From Mobula hypostoma (lineage: Eukaryota), in contig NC_086104.1 in assembly GCF_963921235.1 (NCBI RefSeq), positions 4,030,001-4,094,000 of the forward strand: 64,000 nucleotides of DNA. The letters run 5' to 3'. Below the pieces are notes generated by a model that had not been told where the DNA came from, ran no database searches, and saw only the letters and a program-made list of their open reading frames with translations. Position numbers and translations under genes: made by a program. This document shows positions 27,101 to 39,100 of this stretch, piece after piece; the stretch's first letter is position 1; the number at the start of each line of letters is the position of its first letter.

Positions 27101-30100
27101 TTGATTCCCAGACTTCCTCAAACCTTTAAACTTTTGTCTGTATGTCTCCGGAACAAACTCATAAACCTTAAGCACAGCGTCTTTCACTGTGTAATAATCA
27201 GTTGCCTCTGCCAGTCAGAGCAGAATACGTTTGCTGTGCTTTCTCTTTAATTACACTTTGTAACAAAACAGCCCACCGGTCCACCGGCCACTGCTGATTC
27301 TGGGCTACTTTTTCAAAATGCAGTAAGTACTTATCAACTTCTGCTTCATCAAATGGAGGTACTAGCTTAATTTCTCGGCTGACACTAAACCTATCATCAA
27401 GGTCTGGCACTTGACCTCTTTGCTGCATTCTCTCCCTCTCAAACTGTCTCCGTTTTTCTACTTCTTCAGCCTCGAGCTATTTTAGTTGCAACTGATGTTG
27501 TCTTCGCTCTTTCTCATCCTCCCTCTTTAATTTTTCTAACTGAAGCTGAAGCTCAGCCTCAGTAGTTTTACTTTCAGCAAACATTTCCAACACATCCTCT
27601 TCAAACTTTGCCTTGGATATATAATACTGCACTATTAACATTTGTATCTGAGCCTTCCTCATTCTCATGTTCATCTTAAGTTTTAACTTGTGAGCAATTT
27701 CCACCAGCATAACCCTCTTAGCATCATCTAATGCCTCAGATGTTGGTTCTGCCAGAAACCTACCAACCTCAACCTCCATTGCTGCTGATTTCTCACTGAA
27801 GAAAATCAAAAGGGATTTTCCCCAAACAGATCAACCATTAATCAATCAATTAAGCACCCAACAATTTTAAAATGGCTCCAAACAATTTGTTCATATCCCG
27901 GACGAACCTCCAATTTAGGTCACGCACATGCAAACTTGTAAAGGTAGCAGCAGCAATAGAACAAACCTGAAGTCTGGTTTTGTTGTTAACAAAACACTAT
28001 TTTATTAGTAACTAGGTCATATAGTAACTTAAACCAGATAAATCAAGAGTTAATGGTGTTATGCATATATAATTGTAAATATATAAATCCACAAACTTCT
28101 TCAGAGTAAGGGTGGTAAGTGATATAGCCTTATGATGGTGTGATAAGGAAATTCAGTTCAGTCCAAGGGTTTGAAGACAGAGAGAGAGAGATTTGTAATC
28201 CCAGTAAACAGGTGTTATCGATCTTCCTTGATGTCCTCCGAAACGTCTAAGTTAGCCAAACTTGACCAACTTAAGAGCGCCGTCTTCAAGTGATAATCTA
28301 CCAACCCAGGCAAAGGTTAAACACGCTAGTAGATTCCACAGGGTTGCCCTTACATGCACTAATTCCTCATAATCGATCCTCAGCCCCACCCTTGAGGGCA
28401 CTTAAAAGTTCAGTGGCATCTGCATGTCCCGCAAAAGAGCAGCTACACTTGTTTAAATACCGCTGTGCTGAACACCAGCTGTCCATCATGTAGCTCCTCC
28501 CCTCTCTCTCTTTCTCCACAGCAAGCTGCTTGCGCTGTACATCTCTCTCCCTCTCTCTCTCTCTCTCTTACAGGCATGATTCTTAAAGGCACAGTCGATA
28601 ATGAATAAAACTTTAAAATTCCGTCACAGGTGGCCAGATCAGCCATGATCTTATTGAATGGCGGAGTGGGCTTGGTGGGCCAGATTGCCGACTCCTACTC
28701 CTTTTTCTTCTGTTTTTGTGTTAACTCTCCCTCCTCATTCAAGCATTGATAATTCTACCACTCACTGAAGAGAAATGTGGAGGTTGTTTAGGAACCACTT
28801 CCATGGGGTTCTGGATAACTTTGCCCCATTGAGTCAGGGAAAGGATGGTAGGGTGAAGGAACCATGGTTGACAAGAGAAGTGGAACATCTGGTCAAGAGG
28901 AAAAAGGAACTGTACTTAAAGCTTAGGCAGTAAAAAATCAGACGGGGCTCTTGAGAATTATAAGGTCACCAGGAACGGTTTTCAGTTGGGACTTGGGAGA
29001 GCTGGAAGGAGCCTTGTCCAGTAGGAATAAGGAAACCCCCAAGACATTCTACACATACCTGAGGAACAGGAGAATGAATAGACTGAGGGTAGAACCGATC
29101 AGGGATAAAGGAAGAAATATTATCAACCGAACATGGTCTTCAGAATTCTCTCCAAACTATAACAGACCCCATGACTGTAGGGCAGCCAAACCATCAGAAC
29201 CAGCAAGATATCAGTAAAGAGGCTGTAAATTATTCTTGTGGCTAACATTTCTTTAAATTTTAGAAATTGTTAAATGCTGGGGAAATACACTGCCTTGTAT
29301 TGAGCTCCATAAATATACATTAATGTCTACATATCCAACACACAGATCCCGCGGATGATCCCGTCCTTGTGCAGGATCCACCAATCAGCAAGGTGCCGGA
29401 GGGTGTAACTGTCCAGCTCCACTGTGCCTTGTATAATGCCAGTGTGACTGTCACCGATGTCCAGTGGTACCACCAGCGGCCGGGGAACAAGAGCGAGTGG
29501 GCGTTGAGTCACTTTGTGAATGACTCTGTGAGCAGGTCTGGGTGTATCTCTGACCGTTTTCAGTCTTACAGGAATGTCGTGAGTAACAGTTACATTCTGA
29601 CCATCAGTAACACATCTATTAGTGACACTGCAGTGTACAACTGCAGTGTGTGGAGTTACATCTACGGAGGAGGAACACAGCTCAATGTAACTGGTAAGTC
29701 AACGTCAGTTCACACCGACAATAACAGCATCTCAGTATTCAACCCTCACACGATGACTGTCGGACACAGGGGGTTCTGTAATGTCCCCAGTAGAACAGAG
29801 AGTCGGATGGTTTTCCCTGGAGTGTAAACTGGGAACAGTTGGGAAATGGAAAAGTGGGAAATGACAAGTACTCTGGAATAATATAGAAAATCTTGGCAAA
29901 TTATTGTGTGGATGAACAAGTTTTTCTCTATACCTCAGTACGTGTGACAATAATAAACCAATTTACTAAGAGCTCACCCTGTGGGTGTGAGTTGTCAGAA
30001 CTGGACGATGTTACCAATCGGAAAAACAGTCAGAGCAAGTGGACGGGAGAAGAGGATAAAGTGATGTGGGTTGTATTCTTTAGGCATGCCGTGGGTTACT

Positions 30101-33100
30101 CATAAAGACATGTATTCTGGAGGAACATAACTAGAACTTTTATTTAACAGCAAACAGCAACCACGTCTTAACCATACAAGCTTCTAGATCATTCTGTGAG
30201 TTCTGCCCATAGTCCGACTTTGTCCAAATACGTACTGATACATTACACGTGATGTCACCACATCTTCCTCTCCTTAAAAAGAAAAACAGTTAGCAACATT
30301 AATCAAAACAAATGCATATTTAACATCTCTCTATCAGTCTCTCTGGGGGTTTATGAACACAAATAGACCTTCTAAGTGGCTCACGCAGTTCCTGTGTTTC
30401 ATTGTTATTTTCATGTTTCGTTTGGTCTGTACCAGTTAATGGAAACTCCAAAGTTGGCTCTTTCTTGAGGTCTTTGAGAGGAAATTACAATTCATTCATT
30501 AACTGTATAATCTCTTTTTTATTGAGACTTCATCATTTCAATAAAACTCAATTCCTTCACTTGTGCTTTCACTTCTTCAATTGGATCCTGATTCTTGTCA
30601 CTCTTTGGCTTCAGATCAGTATTGTCCTGTACTGGAATGTTTGGTTTTTGGTGGCAATGCTTTGCAGATGCTGGTAACAAAGGGATGGGTCTGGGAGCTT
30701 TCTTTATGACGTCTTTTACTTTTGCTGCATTAGAATCAAATTCTGTTCTCTCTCGCTCTTCCAACAAGTCACTGTATTCTGACTCTGTGTCACTGTCCAG
30801 GACTAATACTCTTTTCACTAAATTCAGTCTCTCACAGGCAGATAAATCAAGTATTGACTGTACATTTTTTGGCACGATGACAAATGAAAGCGTGTGCTCA
30901 ATATTTTTGTGCGATACTTTTTGCCACACATGTTCCTTCAACTGGAATGTCTGCACCTGAATGCCCAGTCACTTTTATATTTGTCTGATGTAACTTTGGT
31001 CTTGGCTTTAATGCATTAAACTCAGATTCTGCAAGAAAACTTACTTGTGCACCAGTATCCAATTTAAACAGAATAACGTTTTGGTTCACTTGCAATGGCA
31101 TAGTCCAGTCATTCTTACTTTGTTTGTTTTCGCAAAGCATTTCCGATATGCTGGACACTACTTTTAGATGATGTTGCTGCCCACAGTGATCACAAAGTTT
31201 TTTTCTTTCAGATGACGTCTTGCTTTCTGTCGGTTTCATTGTCGCTGAATTATTTTTTCTAAAATGTTCGTGTTTTACAGTGTCTACGCAGTCATTCTCG
31301 ATAAAAAGCTATTTAGACTGCGACATCACGGTCTCATAAGCTTTGCAGAGTGCCACTGCTGTTTCCAAATTCAAATCTTGTTCTAACAGTCTTTATCTCA
31401 GACCATTATCCAGAATGCCGCAAACAATTCTGTCTTTAATGAGAGAGTCTGTAAGCTCTGCAAACTCACATCTTTTACTGTGGTTTCTCAACTCCGTAAC
31501 AAATTGATCAATCGTTTGACCAGGTCTCTGCTGACATTTGAAAAATTTATAGCGCTCATACATCACAATATGCTTTGGTATACAAAATGCATCAAATTTG
31601 TCGATAGTAGCTTTTAGATTCAAATTATCTCCATTTTCAAAAACAAAATGGTTATATACCTCAATTGCATCGTCCCCTATTACGTGGAGTAGAATTGCAG
31701 CTTTCGTTTTTTCCGTTTTATTATCTGCTCCAATCGCCGATAAATAAATTTCAAAACGCTGTTTAAATCTTTTCCAGTTTTCAGCTACGTTTCCAATCAG
31801 CTGAAATGTCAATGGAGGTTGCAAAACTTCCATTTTTAAAGCTGTTAGCAAACAACCAAAAAGTTTGTGCTCTTTTTTTTCGATTATCTTCTCTTCTCCC
31901 ATGTTAGCGAAACATATTATTCTTCCAGACTGACTTCTGACACCATGTTCTGTTTTTTATACATACCGTGGGTTACTAAGAACAAACCATATTCTGGAAG
32001 AATTAAAACTAGAACTTTTATTTAACACAGTAAACAGCAACCACACGTTTCTTAAAGCCATGCTTTCTAGATCATTCTCTCATTTCTGCGCAAGCTCCAA
32101 ACTCCAAACTCTATCACATGACACATGATATCACCACATCTTCCTTTCCTTAAAAAGAAAAACAATTAGCAACATTAATCAAAACAAATGCATATTTAAC
32201 ATGTCTCTATCAGTCTCTCTGGGGGTTTATGAACACAAGTAGACCTTCTCAGTGGCTCACACAGTTCTTGTGTTTCGTTGTTATTTTCATGTTTCGTCTG
32301 GTCTGCATCAGTTAACTGAAACTCCGAAGTTGGCTCTTTCTTGAGGTCTTTGAGAAGAAATCGCAATTCATTTATTAACTGTGTGATCTCTTTTTTATGC
32401 TGAGACTTCATTTCAATAAAACTCAATTCCTTCACTTGTGCTTTCACTTCTTCAATTGGATCCTGATTCTTGTCACTCCTTGGCTTCAGATCAGTATTGT
32501 CCTGTACTGGAATGTTTGGTTTTTGGTGGCAATGCTTTGTCAGATGCTGGTAACAAAGGGATGGGTCTGGGAGCTTTCTTTATGACGTCTTTTACTTTTG
32601 CCGCATTGGAATAAAAATCTGTTCTCTCTCTTTCTCTCATCAAGACACTGTATTCTGATTCTATGTCACTGTCCAGGACTAATACTCTTTTCACCAAATT
32701 CAGTCTCTCACAGACAGATAAACCAAGTATTGACTGTACGTTCTTAGGGACGACCACAAATGAAAGCGTGTGCACAATATTTTTGTGTCATACTTTTGCC
32801 TCACATGTTCCTTTAACTGGAATGTCTGCACCTGAATACCCAGTCACTTTTAGATTTGTCTGATGTAACTTTGGTTTTGGTTTTAATGCATTAAACTCAG
32901 ATTCTGCAAGAACATTTACTTGTGCACCAGTATCCAGTTTAAACAGAATAATGTTTTGGTTCACTTGCAATGGAATAGTCCGGTCATTCTTACTTTGTTT
33001 GTTTTCACAAAGCACATCAATATAGAACTCCTCAAGTTCATTTTCAAGCACAGTATTTATGCGTTTTATTTCCTTTCTACTTCTGCATGTTGTGTTGGGC

Positions 33101-36100
33101 ACGTGGCCAAGTGGTTAAGGCGTTTGTCTAGTGATTTGAAGGTCACTAGTTCGAGCCTCAGTTGTGGCAGCGTGTTTGTGCCCTTGAGAAAGGCACTTAA
33201 CCACACATTGCTCTAGTGTCTGTGTGAGGAGTGGCGCCCCACACAGACTTCCGATCTGCACCTCGTAAGGCACGAAAATGCCCGACGCAGGCCTCTCATG
33301 GTCTGAGTCGACGTTCCCTCCCTACTCCTGCAACAGCGTGAAAAATGATTACTCTTACCACAGTTGTTGCACATTTTCCGATATGCTAGGCACTTTTTGA
33401 GGTCGGTGCTTCCACACATAGCAATCACATATTTTTTTCCTTTCAGATGACGCCTTGCTCACTGTCAGTTCCACTGCCATTTTATGATTTTTCCTAATAC
33501 GTTCACGCCTTACAGCCTTTACGCTGCCGTTCTTGATAAAAAGTTCTTCAGCCAGCAAAATCACAATCGCCAAAGCTTTGCAGAGCACCACAGCTTTTTC
33601 CAAATTCAAATCTTGTTCTAACAGTCTTTCTCCCAGACCATTATCCCGAATTCCGCAAACAATTCTGTCTTTAGTGAGAGAGTCTGTAAGCTCTGCAAAC
33701 TCGCATGTTTTGCTGCGGTTTTTCAACTCCCTAACAAATTGATCAATCATTTGATCAGGTCTCTGCTGACATTTGAAAAAATTGTACCGTTCATACGTCA
33801 CATTATGCTTCAGTATACAAAATGTGTCAAATTTGTTGATTATCGCTTTTAGATGCAAATTATCTCCATTTTCAAAAGTAAAATGGTCATATTCCTCAAC
33901 TGCGTCATCCCCAATCATGTGGAGTAGGATCGCAGCTTTCATTTTTTCCATTTTATTTTCTGCTCCAATCACCAATAATTAAATTTCAAATTGCTGTTTA
34001 AATCTCTTCCAGTTTTCAGCAACGTTTTCGGTCAGCTGAGGCGATTTCGGAGGTTGCAGGACTTCCATTTTTTAAAGCTGTTAGCAAACAATGAAAATGT
34101 TCGCGCACTTTTTTCCCCAATTATCTTCGCTTCTCCCGTGTTCGTGAAACATGTTATTTTTCCAGACTGACTTCTGACACCATGTTATGTTCTTTAGACA
34201 TGCCATGGGTTACTCATAAAGACACATATTCTAGAAGATCATAATTAAAACTTTTATTTAACAGCAACCAGCAATCATGTCTTAACCATACAAGCTTCTA
34301 GATCATTCTGTCAGTTCTGCACATGCTCCGACTCTGTCCAATCACGTACTGACACATGACACGTGATGTCACCACAATGTGTGTAAAAGAAATAGACCGG
34401 CCATTAAATTCAAAGTAAGTAAGAGAATACAATTAATGACAGAAGGAACATCATTAGAGTCATTAATTCATAGAAAAGTACAGTAGGTCCTTCAGCCCAT
34501 CTAGCCTGTGCTGAACGATTTAAACTGCTTACTCCCATCGACCTGCACTGAGATTTCCGCACCCTGATCATCCATGTACCTATTCAAACTTCTCGTGAAC
34601 ATTGAAATCGAGCTTGCATGCACCACTTGTGCTGGCAGCTCGTTCCACACTCTCATGATCCTCTGCGTGAAGAAGATTCCCCTCATGTTCCCCTTAAACG
34701 TTTCATCTTTACCCTCAATCCATGTCATCCAGTGGTAGTCCCACCCAACCTCAGCAGAAAAAGTCTGTTTGCATTTACCCTATCTATACACCCCACAATT
34801 CTGTATACCTCTAGCAAATCTCCCATCAATTTTCTACATTCTAAGGTATGAAAACCTAACCTATTAAATCTTTCCTCAGAGTTCAGGTCCTCTCGTCCTG
34901 GTGACATCCTTGAAAATCTTCTCTGTACTCTTTCAAACTTATTTATATCTTTCCTGACGAAAACTACACACAATATTCGAAATTAGTACTCACCGGCATC
35001 CTATACCACTTCAACATAACATCCCATCTCCTGTACTCAATACTTTGATTTATAAAGACCAATGTGCTGAAAGCTTTCTTTATAATCCTAAACACCTGTG
35101 ACGCCACTTCCAATGAATTATCAAACTGTATTCCCAAATCCCTTTGTTTCACCACACTCCTCAGTGCCCTGCCCTTGCACTTGTCTGCATTAAATTTTAT
35201 CTGCCACTTTTCAGCCCATTTTTCCAGCTGGTCCAGATCCTACTGCAAGCTTTGATAGACTTCCCTGTTGTCCACTACACCCCTAGTCTTAGTGCCATAT
35301 GTAAACCTTCTGATCCAATTAACCACATTATCATTGAGATCTTTTATACAGATGAAAAGTGACAATGGACCCAGCACCGATCTCTGTGGCACTTCATTAG
35401 TCACAGACCTCCAGTCAGAGAGGCAACCATCTGCCACCACTCTCTAACTTCTCCTACAAAGCCAATATCTAAACCAATTTCAAACAAGGGAGAATCTGCA
35501 GATGCTGAAAATCAAGTTAATACACACAAAATGCTGGAGGAACTCAGCAGGCCAGGCAACATCTATGGAAAAGAGAAAGTCAACTTCTTAGGATGAGACC
35601 CTTCATCAGGACCAACTTACACTAATTGGACTAATCAAATTTACTACCTCATTTTGAATGCTGAGTGAGTGAACCTTCCAGACCAACCACCCATGCAGGA
35701 GCTTTTCAAAAGTCTTGCTGAAGTCCATGTAGACAACATCCACTGCCTTGCTTTCATCAACATTCCTGGTAACTTCCTTGAAAGATTCTATAAAGTTCAT
35801 TAGACACAGCCTAACATGCACAAAACCATGCTGGCTATCCCAAATCAGATCATACCTATCCAAATATTCATATATCCGATCCCTTAGAGTACCTTCCAAT
35901 AACTTACGCACTTCTGATGTCTGGCTCACCTGTCTATAATTTTCTGGTTTATTTTCAGAGCCTTTCTGAAACAGTGGAACAACATTAGCTATCCTCCAAT
36001 CCTCCAGTACTTCTCCGGTCACTAAGGATGATTTAAATCTCTCTGCTATCTGTTGCGGTTTCTGCACTTGCCTCTCACAAGGTCTGGAGGAACACCTTGT

Positions 36101-39100
36101 CAGGTCCTGGTTGTCCCTTACAATCCTTCTGCTCCTAACATATCTGTAGAATCCCTTAGGATTCTCCTTCACCTTGTCTACTAGGATGAACTCATGCCTT
36201 CTTTTATCCCTCCTGATGGCTAACATGAGAGGGCACAGGTTTAAGGTGCTTGGAAGTAGGTACAGAGGAGATGTCAGGGGTAGGTTTTTATGCAGAGAGT
36301 GGAGGGTGCATGGAATGCACTGCTGGCAGCGATGGTGGAAGCAGATACAATCAGGTCTTTCAAGAGGTTCCTGGATAGGTACACGGAGCTTAGAAAAACA
36401 GAGGGCTGTGGATAACTTAAGGTAATTTCTAAAGTAAGTACATGTTCAGCACAGCATTGTGGGCCAAAGGGCCTGTATTGTGTTGTAGGTTTTCTATGTT
36501 TCTTTGAGTTTCACAACCTACACCTGTTGGTTAAAATAAGAAAAATTCACTAACGTTGCAGAGGAGGTCATGATAGAAACTAGACAGTGTTACTGATGTT
36601 CAAACTTCGACTCATTCAGATCACCGCTGCTGGACTTCTAAACAAAAACCAGGATGGAGAGCATATCACTGAATCCTAGCTACTCAGCATTGGCTTCCTG
36701 TATCTACTAGAAATGATTTTAAAGTTCTCTTACTTGTTTTTAATGTTCTTAATGGTCTGAGACCGGAGTACCTCACAGAATCATTTTTGTTTAGTAATCC
36801 AGCTCAAGCTCTCTGGTCGTCTTCTGCTGGTCTCTTAAATTTAAACAATCTCCCTTAAAAGGTAATTGGCAGATCACCTTTTTTGAACTATGTTCTTAAA
36901 CTGTGGAATTCAGTTCCTAAAACGATAAGAATGCAGACTCAGCGGATGCCTTTAAACACCAGATCAAAACCCATTTACTTAACCATGCTTCTAATCTATT
37001 TTCATGATTATATTTATTTTTTATTTTCATGTTTGTACTTCATCCCATTGTCAACATTTTCTGTATGAAAAGTCCTCTTTAAATAAATTATTACTATTAT
37101 TTTTATTATTATTGATCACCACGATGTCTTTCCTTCGGTACAATAGCAGCACAGTAAGTCCATCCTTCACACGGCACTCTCCCTTACTGACTGTTAATGA
37201 GATGTCTCAGGGAGAACTGTCGGCCTCTAGTGTTCACATATTAAACCTGTCATTCAAAGGACAATTCACATTACCAATGTTAAACTCTACCTCAATCTGT
37301 GTTATTTTTCAGAAGCAGATTATGGTTGGTCTTGGAAAGTCTTGGCCAGTATTCTCGCCAGTATCCTTGTACTCGTCCTCTTATTCTGCATCTTAGTAAC
37401 AACAATATGCTATGTGAAAAAATGGGCATGTTTTCAACAGAGATTGATGCCAGAAGGGTAAATAACATTTTATTTTGTATCTTCTTTCAATAATATTGAA
37501 TCACACATGGTTGGTAAAGGAATTGAATCTGAATGAAACAGTGGGAGAAGACAGAAGCTCCACCAGGATGTTGTCTGGGATGAAACAGTTCTGTTATGAG
37601 GAGAGACTGGAGAAGCTGGGTCTGGTCTCCATTGGGCAGGGGAGCTCAAGGGGGACGATTGAGGTGTACAAAGTTATGAGGGACATATGTAAGGTATAGA
37701 CTGCAGAAAACTCATCCCCATATCAGGGGTAGATAAAATTCGAGAACATGCTCTTAAGGTGATTGGGAGGAGATTCAGAGGGGATGTGCCAGGCCTCTTC
37801 AACCAGAGCAGGAATACCAGAACACACTGCCAGACAGAATGTCAGAAACTGGGTCACTGACAGCACTAACAATGAACACTTAGGCAGAGAGGGCGATGGA
37901 CAAGGTGCCAGATGATGGGGTTACTATGGAAGAGTCAGTATTGGTCGGCATGCAGCGTAAACACGTAAAATTACTGTAAATTCAAAATAAAAAGTGTGAA
38001 ACAATGAATAACAAAACTTTCAATAAACCATTCAGAAATCTGATGGCAGACTTTAGAAACCATTTCTGAATCCCTAACCTTAACAAGTTTAAACAGGAAA
38101 CACCAGGAGACTGTCTTACAAAGAGCAGATCGTTCAAGTAAAACACAAGGAACTCAAAGTGATTATAAAGTTTCATTAAACAACAATTAACCAATTCAGG
38201 TGCTTGAGAAACCTGGGAGCCCAGTGCTCTCCAGTGCCCCACACAGGCCAAAGAACCCATTACAGACGGTGCGACAAGAGCCTGAAGACACACACTCAAC
38301 ATTTCAGGAACCTTCACCTCTGCCCTCAGATCTCTGAATGGACAGTGAACCCTTGAATTGTACCTCTATTTATTTTTGTCTTGCTCTGTTTTTGCACAAC
38401 TTAGTTAACTTAAAATTATATATATACTTCTTATTGTAATTTATAGTTTATAATTATTATGCATTGCAATGTATTGCTGCCACAAAACAACAAATTTCAT
38501 GACATATGGCAGTGACATTACACCTGATGCTGATTCTCCCTGATGGTAGTAACAAGCAGGAAGATGTCTGGCTGACATATGCCAGTGATATTAAACCCGA
38601 TTCTGATTCTCCCTGACGGGAGTAACAAGCAAGGGGATGTCTGGGTGGTGAGGGTCCTGAATGGTGGATGCCGCCTTCTTGAGGTACTGCCTCTGTAATA
38701 GTCCTCGATGATGGGGACGGTTCTGATCCCCAGCTGGCTGAGTCTACAACCCTCTTGCAATGTGTGTGTTGGAGCCTCTCTCTCAGGCTGTTGTACAGCG
38801 AGTCACAATGTTCTCCACCGTCCCTCTGTAGAAATTTGCAAGAGCTTTTGGTGACATACCAAATCTTCTCAAACTCCTATTTTCGTTGAACTGTTGGCAT
38901 GTCCACTTCACGTTTGGATCAATGTGTTTATTTATTGAGATAAAGTGTGGAGTTGGCCCTTCCAGCCCTTTGAGCCACGCCACCCAACAAAACCTCTAAA
39001 TTTAATCCTAGCCTAGTCAGGGGATAATTTACAGTGACCAATCCAATTCCATCAGGAGTATCAAAACCTACGTGAAACAGACAACTGCTACTTTCACAGA

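Larger units (their letters stand above)
21843..29950 (+). repeat. Segmental duplication unit B
   Basis: See unit A. Lacks the CR1 at 1966-3931 and the ERV at 5961; carries the private CR1 + Gmr1 insertion at about 23440-28720. Confidence 0.9.

Noticed and set aside
819-29693. Germline-joined Ig light chain or TCR clusters (known in sharks and skates)
   Set aside because: No C1 constant exon found; CDR3-equivalent loops are only six residues; the V exons splice to a TM plus ITIM/ITSM tail.
33097-33170. tRNA gene
   Set aside because: A and B boxes are present but there is no full cloverleaf, and it continues into a SINE body within a Gypsy element.
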